Source: Octopus vulgaris
Lineage: Eukaryota
Assembly (NCBI GenBank): GCA_951406725.2
Contig: OX597833.1
Span: forward strand, 26,288,001 to 26,352,000
Direction of reading: 5' to 3'
DNA: 64,000 bases
The notes under the pieces were generated by a model. That model saw only the letters and a program-made list of their open reading frames with translations, did not search any database and had not been told where the DNA came from. This document shows positions 14,147 to 29,285 of the stretch, piece by piece (positions within the stretch are counted from its first letter, which is position 1; the number at the start of each line of letters is the position of its first letter). The translations under genes and the position numbers were made by a program.

Positions 14147-14436
14147 CATCATCATTATTATTTTAATTAACAACAATACCATTAACAAGAATTCTCCTAC
14201 AAGTTTAGCAGTGGTGGTGCTGATGGTGGGTGTGATGGCAGTGGTGATGGTGGTGGTGAGTGTGATGGTGGTTATGGTGGGGTGTTGGTAGTAGTAGTAG
14301 TAGTAGTAGTTCAGGTATGAAAATTTAATGCAAAGATCGATAAATTGCTTTAGTAATACTGTAGGTTAGTACAAATCATTACACAACAAGTGCAGAATTG
14401 CATGCTACTGTCTTTGTGTTAGACTAATCTGGAACA

Positions 14437-14471
<35 letters not shown>

Positions 14472-14619
14472 CGACAGCAGCTACACGAACAACCATCAGC
14501 ATCATTAGCAGCAGCTGTCCTTTGTATTTAATAGCATTGCATCCAACTGCTATGCAGTAAACTATACAAGAGATACGCTCTATCTGTGCATGGCATCACT
14601 TTTTCTCTGTTTTTGTGTT

Positions 14620-14661
<42 letters not shown>

Positions 14662-14976
14662 CGTACCTGAGTGACGGTGCGCGCGTGTGCATTTATCTAT
14701 TTGTCCATATGCCTCACTTATTCTCTCTTTGCCACTGTCTCTCTATAAATATATATATGGACACACACATGTTTTTATATGTATACTTATATATGTATAT
14801 GGATGTATGTGTATATATATATATATATATATGTTTCTTTATGTATGTACATATGTATGTACATATGTATATGTATGTATGTATATATATATATATATAC
14901 TTATATGTATGTGTGTGTATATACACCTCTATATGTAACACTCTTATATACCTATATATGAGTGTGTGCATGTGTG

Positions 14977-15007
<31 letters not shown>

Positions 15008-15415
15008 TTCTATTTAAGTAAATAGCAATATGTGTGCTAGTATTTACATGCCGAAATATATGCGTTGATATATATGTATAATACATATCTACCAATGTAT
15101 GCATACATTTTTGCATATAGGTATGTGTGTATGTATATGACTCTGCTTTTATCTGTGTATATGTCTACATATGCGTATGCAAGCGCTTGTGTGTGCGTAT
15201 AAGTGTTTGCGTAGGTGTGTTATATTTAACGATCAGGATGTATAAGAGAGGCAGCAAGTGTGCGCGCGAAAATGAGATGTCATTCTTTATACGCATGTGA
15301 TATATATATTCAGCGACTTTGATATTCGCGTACGTAATATTTTGTGTGATTATATTGATGATATTTGGAGTGTTTTGGAAATTCCTTGATACAGTTATAA
15401 TATTTGGAGAGACGG

Positions 15416-15715
15416 TTTTTTCCTCAAAGAGTTAAGATTGAGAAAAGAACCTTTTTTCAAAGTCGAAAGGGACTAACCTTTGGGGAGAGATTTCACAAAA
15501 TATGTTTGGCTTTTGCTTTTATAGATGTGCAAGCGCTTTCAGTTCTCAACGTTTTCAATTAACAGCACGTGCTTGAAAAGGCGAAGGATTGAAAGCGCTT
15601 CCACGTCTATAAAAGCAAAAACCGCACACATTTTTGTGAAATTTCTTCCCAAAGGTTAGTCCCTTTCGACTTTCCAAAGAGGTTCTCTTCTCAATCTTAA
15701 CTCTTTGAGAAAAAA
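15416..15715. repeat. Fold-back / MITE-like long inverted repeat (~143-bp arms, 14-nt spacer)
   Basis: 15416-15558 is the imperfect reverse complement of 15573-15715 (ctcaaagagttaagattgaga / tctcaatcttaactctttgag; aaagtcgaaagggactaacctttggg / cccaaaggttagtccctttcgacttt). Confidence 0.9.
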
Positions 15716-15722
15716 TCTTCCG

Positions 15723-15806
<84 letters not shown>

Positions 15807-15911
15807 ATATATATATAGTGTAGGGCGCTGAATACACAAAAAACAGCACCGGGTCGGGGTTCGTTTTAGCAAGTGATTGATTAGTTTAACGATTAAAAAG
15901 GAGGAAAAGTG

Positions 15912-15947
15912 TTTTGACGTTTCGGACTCAAGTTTTGCATCAGAAAA
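15912..15947 (-). ncRNA. Degenerate minimal hammerhead motif in a probable PLE 3'-UTR remnant (~15820-16500)
   Basis: Minus strand: tttt CTGATGc aaaacttgagtcc GAAAC GTC aaaa; A9 and the stem II 5' arm are mutated. Confidence 0.55.
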
Positions 15948-16949
15948 TAAACGAAGAAAAAAAGATGTAATTTTTTTTAAAAAGGTGGTTCTAAAATACG
16001 GGCCAATTTAGAAGGGATGAGGAAGTGGAGTAGCGTGTGCCTGTATCGGGGTGGGTCTCCGTGTGTAGCTATGGGTACAGGGGTGTTGTGTGTGCAAGTG
16101 GTGGATGTATGGTACGCATGCTGTTTCTTGAGGTGAATGTGTGTGGAAGTGTGCAGTTATGGGGGTGTAGAGGTCGTGTAATCGTACGAAACATTTAGGG
16201 TGTCGAGGGATGATGTGTAAGAATAATTGTATTATGTGTGAGAAGATTGCATGGAGAAAATAAGGATGGGAACATGAGGCGATGTGCTGAAAGGGAAGGG
16301 AAGAATTACTTTCTTTAACGAAATATGGATAAAAAACTGTACATATTGAAAATCTAACACTGGTTGAAATCTTTCTGAGTTGTATACTCGTGTGTGTACG
16401 CATTTTGTTTGTATGAGGCGTGTAAGGGAGACACAGAAAAGAAGACAAAGAAGTGAGGGGAGAAGCGGAAGCTGAATTTTTCAGGCAGACTGTCTGATAG
16501 TGCATTAACTCGAAATATATAAATATTAAGCTGTACTAAACAGACGCATATATTAATAAATCAGAAGTATTATTATTCATGCTGTTGTTCTAGTTCTTGC
16601 TGTTATTGATGTTCTTGATCCTCTTGCTATTGTTGCCTTCTTGATATTGTTATATATTGTTAGTGGAGTTGATGTTCGTGTTTTCGTTATTGCTGGTGTT
16701 ATTCTGGTTTTGTTCACGGGTTTTGTAAGAACAATAGCGATAATTCATTCATATACACAGCATATCAAATATTGATGTAAGTTTCTTTTATATGTTTTTG
16801 TCCTACTGTTTTTACTGTTGTTTAGTTCCGGTTCTGCTCTGATCGTCGATTGCTACGATCAGAGACTTTCCATTCCTGACTACTCTTGTTTATTATTATT
16901 TGCTAGGAGAGAAAACCGCATAGGAGAGAAACAAGCATAGAAGTGCCAA

Positions 16950-17260
16950 CAGAAAGGACGATGCGAGATGCGGAAAGTGTGATGTAACTGCACTGCACGC
17001 ACCCATGCAGTGTCCGATTATTGCTGATTTGTGGAGTTATGTCGAACAGCTGTTATGGCGTATAGGTTGAATCCGAATATCGTCTGAGTTGATTGTCCGG
17101 AGAGGCCCACCACCGACTCAACAAGGCAGGGCATGCAGAGTTCTTCTATCTATTGGCTGTGGCAAAAGAAAATGTATAGAGGACGAGGATGAAAGGATTG
17201 AGGAAAGACAACGCGTCACTAAAATTCGGAGTCGTGTAATTCAAGTGAAACGTGTAGTGT
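16950..17260 (+). mobile_element. L1/Tx1-like LINE ORF2 C-terminal fragment
   Basis: RCGKCDVTALHAPMQCPIIADLWSYVEQLL...LLAVAKENV*RTRMKGL; CCHC-type zinc-finger remnant. Confidence 0.65.
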
Positions 17261-17312
17261 AAAAAATATGAAGGTAAAATAATATAAAGTTGCGTAAGCG
17301 TGACAAAACGTA

Positions 17313-17652
17313 GCATCATATGCTGGTGAGACTCCCTTCGGTCATGAATGCCCATGGAATTGCACCTAGAAAGTTACCCTCCCAGGCACAAGTCCTGGTA
17401 AGAATGTTTATGGAAGACCAGTAGTCACCCATGCATACCAGCCTCTCCTCTCCATGTTATCCAAGGGAAGGGCAAAGGCCAATACAGCTTGGCACCAGTG
17501 ATGTCGCAACTCATTTCCACAGCCGATTGAACAGGAGCAACGTGAAATAAAGTATCATGCTCAAGAACACAACACGCAGGCCGGTCCGGGATTCGAACTC
17601 ACAACTTCACGATCGTAAGCTCGATGATCTAACCACTGAACCATGCACCTTC
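17313..17652 (-). mobile_element. tRNA-derived SINE with RTE-related 3' part
   Basis: Minus-strand head with A box tggttcagtggtt and B box agttcgaatcc, then gtgttgtgttcttgagc and a distinct tail. Confidence 0.75.
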
Positions 17653-18406
17653 ACATAGCGTCATATAAATGTAGTGAAATTTGGTATGGAGTAAATGTGC
17701 TACAGATGCAGGGCACACGGGCGATTGATAGAATAGATTATGGCAGATACAGTTGAGTCTATTGTCGTAGGGTATTATTGTTCTGTTATTATTTAATGCT
17801 AGGTATCTCTGATCGTGCATAAATGTCTTCCATTTGCTCTGATCGAACCTAAATGTTTAAGAATAAAGATTTTCCAACCATAGCCATCCAAGAAATTACC
17901 AAAACAGCGTATGGGAGACAGGATTATCTGATATATATAGAATAATTATTTAAAACAAGGCGGTGATTTGGCAGAACCGTTACCGCACCGTACAAAATTC
18001 TTAGCGGTCTTTCTTCCAGTTTTACGTGCAAAGTTCAAATTCCGCAGAGATCAACTTTGCCTTCATCCTTTCGGATTCGATAAAATCAGTACCAGCTGAG
18101 CACCGGACTGGAGTCGATGTAATCGACCAACTTTTGACCCGCAACCACCCCTCAAATTTAATCCTTGTGTTTAAAACCACGGTAAATAATTGACTAATGA
18201 TTTATATGCCATTTGTTGTGGTAGGTCGAACTAGACGCTCAGATGATCTTCGACGGGAAATTCGTACTTCTCTCTACATTACAACTAACTCACTGAAGTA
18301 TTGAAAAGCATTCAATGTCGTTTAATATAATCCTAAAAAGAAATTTATCATTTAATATATACTAGAACCTAGTTTATGATATGACATATCTACAATATAT
18401 TCCAAT

Positions 18407-18438
<32 letters not shown>

Positions 18439-20194
18439 TGCTCTTAATGGCGATCTTTAGCAACATGTCAGGCCAAGTACAACAGACTTATGAAGTAAGG
18501 CATTCCTTTATCATTCCAATTTTTGTTCAGCATTATATTATACCATATTTCTTTTCTTTTTTTTTTTACTATGCTAAGGTGTATTATAAAATCGATTTTC
18601 TGCTTTAACTAGTAGTTTGGTTACGCACCTTCATTGCAGAAGTATGGTTATCTAGCACACTCTCACAGAAAACATATAAGTATATATCTATTCCTCTCTG
18701 GCTGCATTTCTTCTTTCTTTCTGTCTTTCTGTACATATGTGTGTGTGTATTTGTATGCCTATACGTATGTATATATGTGTATATCTGTATGTATGTGTGT
18801 ATATATATTATGTGTCTGTATGTATGGATAGATAGATTTACATATATACATGCATATATAAATATACAGGCTCGCTTATGCATTAGTATGAAATACAGCT
18901 GGTTTCATGATATATCTAGATCCTTATCTTTCTAGCATTATGTGAGTCTGTTCGCGTATGTACGTGCGTATATGCGCATGCGTATGTGGATATGAGTACG
19001 TTCGTGCGTATATGCGTGTGTTTCTGTGTGCGTGTGTGTGAGAGTGTGTGTATTTGCCTGTGTGTTTGTGATCGTTCATTACAACAGTTTTGACTAAAGG
19101 CTAGAGAATAAGAAGTCGATGCACCTTCTAGTAGAGTAAATCAAATTTTATGGAATTTGTATTGACTAATGTACTTCTGTTTCGCTTGACTTGGTTTTTC
19201 GGATCACTGGCCATCGGTTTAAATTGACTAAAAGTCTACAAAATGACGGGGAAACATGACGAAAAGAGACGGAGTAGATATTAGTGCTGTGTTCTACTTT
19301 TCTAACCAATGTATACCTATTAACCCTTACGTTAACCTATATATCAGTTCATCAATGTGTACGTGTGACTTTGTATAACTATGATTTTGTATATAGGTGC
19401 ATAAACACATTAGTGTTTGTTAAAGTTTTTGCATTTGCATGTTCGTACGTTTTCTATGAGTGTTACCATGCATTAAAGGTAGTTTAGAACTTGAATGCCA
19501 GGATTTATTAAAATATAAATGTTCAAAACATAGCATCTCTAGCAAGTGTTTTCTACTATAGTCTCCAGCCGACCAAAACCTTGTGAGTGGATTTGGGAAG
19601 TGGGCACTGAATGTACAATGACAATGGATAGGAATATGTACATCAAAGGAGTTGAGATGACGTAATATCTGTAGACAGAATGGTGGAAAATGTGATGAAA
19701 AATGTCAGGTGACCCAGCTGGGAATTTAGCATGTTCAAAGGGATTTATTATTTCTTAAATTTTAAGTGGGTTCGTATGCTATGCTACTTTAATTATTTTA
19801 CTGCATGCTCGATTAAGAAATCAAATAATTTTGAATATTTTATATGTGCAAAAAGATAAAATGAATATGATGAGCGAGGGGAGGTAGTTTGGCAATATAT
19901 TATTTCAAACTTCTCTGATGTGCAATGGTTACACAGACTATGTTTTGACTAGAGATTTTCAATTTTAAATGATGTTCTCTTTTACTTTTTACTAGAATTA
20001 TCATTGCTGGATTACTGTCTCGAGAATTTTTAGCCGAGTGAATCAACCTCAGTGTTTTTGTAAAGCTTGGTACATAACCTATCGATCTTTTTAACGAACC
20101 GCTAGTTTACAGGGACGTCAACACGTCAACAGCAGTTGTCAAAAGATGGTGGAGGACGAACACAGACACAAAGACACACACACACAAATATATA

Positions 20195-20705
20195 CCGTAA
20201 CTCCTCGAGTATAATCTGCATTTTTACCCAAAATTTAAAGGTCAAAATACCTAGTGTGTATTATACACGAGGTTAAAAATGAAAATTATTTTCTAAGCAA
20301 TGTTCGAGTCTCTATTTGCTGTCCGGCAATGTTTATTCAGACGCATTTTGTGATGTCGAGCGCGAAAATACCTTAGGCTAAGCCTGAAAGCAATGAAGTC
20401 ATAAAATAATCATCCATAACTTACAGTAAGCAACATTTGTTAAACGTTATTACTGTTATTTCTTTATTTTCTGCAAACAAAATGCACAAAAAAGCTACAC
20501 GTTTGCATTATATTATATATACAATAATAATAAAGTAAGTTACCGTATACATGTTTACACACCAAGGACGTTATATAGACCTCGTTGACTCAAGTTAGAG
20601 AAGGGGTGCGTATTATACACGAGGTTTAGGTTTTTCAGAGGTACAGCCCCTTAAAAATCCTCTACGTATTATACTCAAGGGCGGACTATACTCGAGGATT
20701 TACGG
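20195..20705. mobile_element. 511-bp MITE with Tc2/pogo-like TIRs and TA target duplication
   Basis: TA|ccgtaactcctcgagtataatctgc ... gcggactatactcgaggatttacgg|TA; internal repeat tattatacacgaggtt near both ends; no ORF. Confidence 0.9.
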
Positions 20706-20715
20706 TATATATATA

Positions 20716-21160
20716 GTGTAATAAATAAAATATATGCATACATACAAACATATATGTACGTACCTACATCTACATGTATATATACATGCATATATAAATA
20801 TATATACGTGAGTACAGGACACCACAACTAGACGTAGAACTCAACGAGAAGCGAAAACGGAAAAGCCATTTTTTTACAACAGAAAAACAGAGACGTGGAA
20901 CTGGACGAGAAACGAAAACGGGAAAAACATTATTTTACAACAGAAAAACAAAGTGCAGGACACACTACACAAGGAAAAATCCCCAATCATCAGCTGTCGC
21001 TAGTTAGACTCAAGCGTGTTTCGAAGGCAAGACAGTACACGACTCGTCAAAACTAGGCCTTCCTGCGAGAGAATTAAAATAAAATTACCTCGCAGAGGGG
21101 TAAAACAAGCAAGAAAAAAATGTAACACAAACAGGACGTAACAATAAAACTGCAGTACTG

Positions 21161-21162
<2 letters not shown>
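20716..21162 (-). mobile_element. Probable PLE-derived terminal fragment with internal ~61-bp tandem duplication and hammerhead-like motif
   Basis: Bounded by (TA)n; duplication 20831-20890 / 20892-20950; motif at 21000-21056. Confidence 0.45.
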
Positions 21163-21195
<33 letters not shown>

Positions 21196-21197
<2 letters not shown>

Positions 21198-21600
21198 CGC
21201 AGGAGTGGCTGTGTGGTAAGTAGTTTGCTGACCAACCACATGGTTCCGGGTTCAGTCCCACTGCGTGGCATCTTGGGCAAGTGTCTTCTGCTATAGCCCC
21301 GGGTCGACCAATGCCTTGTGAGTGGATTTGGTAGACGGAAACTGAAAGAAGCCTGTCGTATATATGTGTATATATATGTATGTGTGTTTGTTTGTGTGTC
21401 TGTGTTTGTCCCCCTAGCATTGCTTGACAACCGATGCTGGTGTGTTTATGTCCCCGTTACTTAGCGGTTCGGCAAAAGAGACCGATAGCATAAGTACTGG
21501 GCTTACAAAAAAAGAATAAGTCCCGGGGTCGAGTCGCTCGACTAAAGGCGGTGCTCCAGCATGGCCGCAGTCAAAGGACTGAAACAAGTAAAAGAGTGAA

Positions 21601-21602
<2 letters not shown>
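21196..21602 (+). mobile_element. Full-length tRNA-derived SINE, family A
   Basis: ggcgcaggagtggctgtgtggt (A box), ggttcagtccc (B box), gtggcatcttgggcaagt, internal TA/TG tract, tail gaaacaagtaaaagag; more than 10 related fragments in the window. Confidence 0.9.
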
Positions 21603-21639
<37 letters not shown>

Positions 21640-22730
21640 TATAAAGTGAGATAAAGAAAGAGAGTGAGACGGGCTTCTGTCAGTGCTCGCCTCCCAAATC
21701 AACTCACAAGGTTTTGGTCGGTTGGAGACTATAGTAGAAAACACTTACGCAAGATGTTACGTTGTGTTATTGAACCCTGAAGTGTGTGGCTGGGAAGCAA
21801 GCTTCTTACTATACAACCACAGCCTGCGCCTATAAAACCTAGTCATTTCTTTTTTGTTACATTCTTTTGTCAATTCGTAGACATGCCGTTGTAAATACTT
21901 TTGTGAAATTTATATCTATACTCAGTTCATCAGAATTTGGACATTTAAGTCAGTCAAATATGTGTCTAACGTATGCAGTTAGATATCAACTACAGTCTGA
22001 ACAATATCTTCAATTAAGCAATTGAGTTTCGAGGTCAATATTTGGTTCTAATGAAATTGTAACTGTTTGTTGTTGGATGTGGTTGCAATTTCAATTGGTT
22101 GAATCATTCTGATATTTGTGAAAGCAGAGTGGATGAATAAATATTTTGAGTTTCTTGCAAGGTATTCTTTTGCATTTGTAATCAATTTTTGCACGTAGTA
22201 CATTTAGTTTCGAGTAGTAGACATTTTTGTCACCGGAGCAACAACAGGAAATAAAATAACAACAATAACAACAATGATAACACTAACAAAAATAGTTTTC
22301 AATATAGAATTTTGTACGAGACAAATAAGTCGAGGGATTTGAGGGATAGAATTTAACTGGTACATCGTTTTATGAATCCCAGAATGATGAAAAGCGAATA
22401 AACTTTCAAAATAATGTTGACTAAGTTAGGTTTTTAAAATGCAGAACAAATATCACGAGAAACTTTCTCTGACACTCTAACGGTTGTGCCTATGTATCAC
22501 GTTTCATAGCCTCTAACATACATAGACACAATGCAAGAAATCCCGATAGAGGGATTTAGTCGATTAAACAGACTGCAGAATGTGATTACATTTTAAATTC
22601 ATCGATACCAGAGAGATTAAATGAAATACTAGATTCGGCAGGATTTCATCGCTGAAAGTAAAGAGCCGGGAGAATCTATCAGGCATATTCAGAGGTTCTA
22701 AACGATTCAGTCAATTAACTGCATTAATAA

Positions 22731-24605
<1,875 letters not shown>

Positions 24606-25098
24606 AAAGAAGCAATATCTTGGTAAAGTCTTCGTGTTTTATTTTTTCCATTGTTTTAGTTGTTTAAATATGTATAGAATCACAGCAAGTGTAATGTCTT
24701 GAACATCAGATCCATCACGTAATAACCCAATTGTAGAATATATGTTATGTGAAACTGTTCACGCAAACACCCACACCCACACATACACACACTCACACAC
24801 CCACACACACACAAACACAAACACCCATACACATATCTATACACACACACGAATGTATGTGTGTGTACGCGCACTTTCCTGGTTCTGCAGTGTCAATGTT
24901 ATTTAATCTTGCGTTTACATCTTCCATCCTATATTTTTCAGCAATTCTTTACCAATTTTTAAAAATAAATTTTCACATATATTGTTAGAATTGTTTATTT
25001 ATATATTCTTTTTCGAATTTCTGTTTTCTCATTTTTCTCTTCTAACATATATATATATATAGTCATATATCTGCCACTAATATGTATGCGCGTTTGCA

Positions 25099-25157
<59 letters not shown>

Positions 25158-25190
25158 ATAAATTTTATTTTTTAATTTTATTTTGATATC

Positions 25191-25221
<31 letters not shown>

Positions 25222-25226
25222 TTGCA

Positions 25227-25281
<55 letters not shown>

Positions 25282-25956
25282 ATAACTTTTATTTGTTTAA
25301 TTTTATTTTGATATCTCACTTCTTCTACTACATCTTTAACACGCCAAATAGCTTTCGCTTGGTTCATTGCTGAAACTTATCACTCACACGACTCGGTAAT
25401 TCCATTTGGGGGAACATTAAACCAGATTTGAAAAACCCCATTTCTTTGCCATAATGACATTATATAATTTTATTGTTGAATGAAGTCTGCATGAATGATA
25501 TGTATGCATGTGTGTATGCAGGCACTCGTATATATATATGCATGTGTGTGCGTTTGTGTGTGAGAGTGTGTATATCTATGTATATCTGTATATATATTTA
25601 TAGATTTATAGATGCGTAAGTATATATATATATATATATATACATATATTGATAGATACATAGATATATATATACATATATATATATACACATATGCATA
25701 AACACATGTATAGTTATATATACAATTGTATGTATATATATATATATATATGTAGGTAAAGTTTGATGGAAAGGTAAAAACAGATGATACAGTGATATAT
25801 AAGGAGTTGCATATAAGCAGATGGAAACTCTTACAACCCTCTGCACATCTGCATCATCTGCGTTCATATGCATACATACATTTATATATACATGGACATA
25901 TTAATTGGGTTATATACATATAATACGAGTATAATATACATGGATGTGTAAATATA

Positions 25957-25997
<41 letters not shown>

Positions 25998-27531
25998 GTG
26001 TAGTAATACGCGCATACACAAACTCATACAAAGTAATACATGTATGTGTCTATGTGTATGCCTATATGTGTGCGCACGTAGGAACATGCATATATATATA
26101 TATACATATGAGTGTGTTTCTTGTCTGTGTGTATGTATGTCTGTATGTATGTTTGCCTGTATGTATGTATCTGTGTATGTATGTATGTATGTATGTATGT
26201 ATGTATGTATGTATGTATGTATGTATGTATGTATGCATGTATGTATGTATGTGTATGTGTCTTACAGTAAATATGCGTAAGTGTATCGGAATGTGTCAGC
26301 ATTTCTTTTCTATGTGTGAGCGAGTTTGTGGCATGGTACTTGCTTAATGCTTTAAATGTGTATGTGTGTGTGTGAGTGCGTGTGTATTCCTTTGTACGTG
26401 TGCGTGTGCTCCCCTGCCTGTCTCTGTGTGCGAGTGCTTGTGCGTGTGCGTGTTAGCGCACGTTTGCGAGTGTATATTTATTTACACTTTCTTATAAACG
26501 TATAAAGCGTATCGCTCACGTTCTTGAAGATAATTTTCCTCTGTGGTTGAAATACCAGTAGAGCAACTGAAACACGCTAACTTTGCAGGTTCCAATCAAA
26601 TCATTCATCGAAACATCGATTTTTGAGTCGGATACACACATGCGATTTCAACACACAAGCACTCATAAACACGTTCACATACTCCGGGGCGCACATATAT
26701 GCGCAATCATATACATATATATATACGTGTGTGTTTGTGCGTATGTGAATGAATACGTCCGTGCAGGTCTGCAATGACCTGATGCATTCGTTTATATAAA
26801 GCAGTATAAACTTAAATAGTTCCGCTAATTATAATCTATAAACATCGACACATAAAAAGATCACTAAGATTTTTAAACACATTTTCAGGAAGGAAAATAT
26901 TTGCATATTCTCTTTAACATATTTATGTGTAAGTGTATGTTGTGCATATGTGGGTCTGAGAGCCTGTATGTATTTATGTCTACCTTTTCGCATGTGCATG
27001 CTATTTTTCTCTTCAGATTGTGCATGCGTGTGCATGTATGTGCACGTGTTTGCAAGCGTGAATGTATTTCGATACGCTTACTGTAATTACCAAATGCACA
27101 AACACACAGAATCTTATATTTGATCTCCTCAGCCTTAATGCAAATGAGCATGATTTGAATACAAAGCATAAAGAGAAACGTGAAAGCAAAATACGCAGTT
27201 TAACTTTTCATTGGTAGACTCTGAATTTCGTGATAGAAACATGCAAATGATTCACAACGAAGGTATTTAATCCATTCGTCGGTCCAGCATTATTTTATAA
27301 ATTACGTTTGAATGATCTGCGATTCAAAGCAAAGATTTGAAAAGGAAGCAAACTTATGTCAGACGTAATTCACGTTACGTTACGTAATGAGACTTTTAGA
27401 GATTTAGAATACGTTTCGTAGTGATTTACGAGACGTTGTTGTCATTGTTGTTGTTATTGCACATATACTTCACTTCACACAAGGACGTATATGTATATGC
27501 ATATATATATATATATATATATATTATTTAT

Positions 27532-27562
<31 letters not shown>

Positions 27563-27586
27563 ATATGTTACTTTACTCGGTAGTCA

Positions 27587-27649
27587 AGATAAAACTCTGA
27601 GTTTCAGATGCCGAAGTGGAAATCCACAACACCATCTCTTCGGTTATCT
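27587..27649 (-). ncRNA. Hammerhead-like motif, inverted copy in the left arm
   Basis: Exact reverse complement of 29124-29186. Confidence 0.65.
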
Positions 27650-27698
27650 GGCTATTTGAAAACGCTACGAAAAAATACCGTTAAATAAAGACATTACT

Positions 27699-28930
27699 TT
27701 TCATGAGAACACAAAGTGGGTAAAAAACACTGACACAGAGGGCGCTTTCGATGTGAGCATGGGTTCATATGATGGGGCAGGCATCTGTGATCTAATTGGA
27801 CTTTTTCTCCTAGATACCTTAGGTAAGACATTCCCTAACGTACATTTCGCCATCTACAAAGATGATGCCCTCGCCTTAACAGCTAATACAAATGGATCAG
27901 CACAAGATCGTTTTAGGAAGGATATTATCCATTAAATGAAATACTTCGGACTTAGTATAACTATAGATACTAACCTGACGGTTGTCAATTTCTTAGACGT
28001 TTCCTTAGATCTTAATAAGAATATTTATAAGCCTTATAGGAAGCCCAATGATAGACTAAGTTATATTAATGTAGGTTCATGCCATCCCCCTATAGTATTC
28101 AAAAATTTAGTTAAAAATATTAGTAAGAGGATTTCTAGCCTCTCCTCTGATAAGGACATCTTCAATAGCGTTGCCCTTTTAAAAGATAGTGGTTTTAGCG
28201 AAAAAATAAAATATACACCTATCACTAGCCCAACAGTAAGGAAAAGGAATAATAGAAATAGGAAGGTCATCTGGATTACGCCCCCTTACTCACCCGAGGT
28301 GGCCTTCAATATAGGTAAATATTTCCTAGCACTGATAGATAGACATTTTCCAGTTAACCATACTTATAGGAAACTCTTCAATAGACACAATTTAAAAATT
28401 AGTTTTAGTTCAACTACCAATTTTAAAAACATAATCAAACATAACATACAAAAAACACAACAAGAAAACAGCTGTTCATGCAGGAATAAAGATTTGTGCC
28501 CGCTAAATGGAGCTTGCATGTCCAAGACCATCATATATGAAGCTACCGTAAACTCTATAACCACTAAAGACACCGTTTCGACGAAGAAATACGTGGGCCT
28601 TACAGAGGGTAATTTCAAGGCCAGGTTCAATAACCACACTTTGAGCTTTAGGCACTGGAACAAAAGAAAAGCGACACAATTATCTAATCATATTTGGTCT
28701 TTAAGAGATAAAGGTGTCGATTATAACATACAATGGAAGATTTTGGCCAGATGTAAGCCCTATACCAACGGCAGCGGAAGGTGCGGTTATGCGACATGGA
28801 GAGATGGCTTATCTGGAAAAGCAGCTTAGACCCTACTACATGTCTAAATACAAGGACAGAACTTTTCGGATCATGCCCACATGTGACTAAATTTCTGTTA
28901 CGTTTTTGGTCCCCTAAAGAAAACAGATAG
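27699..28930 (+). pseudogene. PLE reverse transcriptase (C-terminal half), thumb and GIY-YIG endonuclease; probably Hydra-clade
   Basis: FDVSMGSYDG, AIYKDDALA (catalytic DD), VNFLDVSLDL, YKPYRKPND, CSCRNKDLCPLNGAC, IIYEATV...YVGLTEGNFKARFNNH; in-frame stop 27933-35 and frameshift near 28785 leading to LCDMER...CLNTRTELFGSCPHVTKFLL. Clade assignment is from memory. Confidence 0.92.
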
Positions 28931-29123
28931 AACATGCTTTCTATGTTATGTCCCAAGAAGATTTTATATATTTTTATATATTTTTATATATTTTATAATA
29001 TATTTTTATATAATTTTTATGACGAAAAATACGAGCGATGTATAAGTACGCAGGCAAGCAGAGTTATAACACAGTAATTTCCCTTTATTTAACGGTATTT
29101 TTTCATAGCGTTTTCAAATAGCC

Positions 29124-29186
29124 AGATAACCGAAGAGATGGTGTTGTGGATTTCCACTTCGGCATCTGAAACTCAGAGTTTTATCT
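29124..29186 (+). ncRNA. Type I hammerhead ribozyme-like motif in PLE 3' region
   Basis: agataa CCGAAGA gatg..gtgg-attt-ccac..catc t GAAA ctc-a-gag TT ttatct; 6-bp stem I, near-palindromic stem III, predicted GUU site after 29180; U4C deviation. Confidence 0.7.
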
Positions 29187-29285
29187 TGACTACCGAGTAA
29201 AGTAACATATTATTGTATAGATAAATTTCTTCTATTTACATAATATTGAGGTTTCTTTATTTCTTTTGTTATCTTACCGTTTTAT

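Larger units (their letters stand above)
19980..21831 (-). mobile_element. Family A SINE split in two (tail 19980-20190, head 21670-21831) by nested insertions
   Basis: The halves match consecutive parts of the intact copy at 58256-58659; the break lies in the internal CA/TA tract. Confidence 0.7.

Noticed and set aside
16008-16505. 165-aa minus-strand ORF
   Set aside because: His/Thr/Pro bias reflects a C/A-rich repeat strand; no domain motifs.
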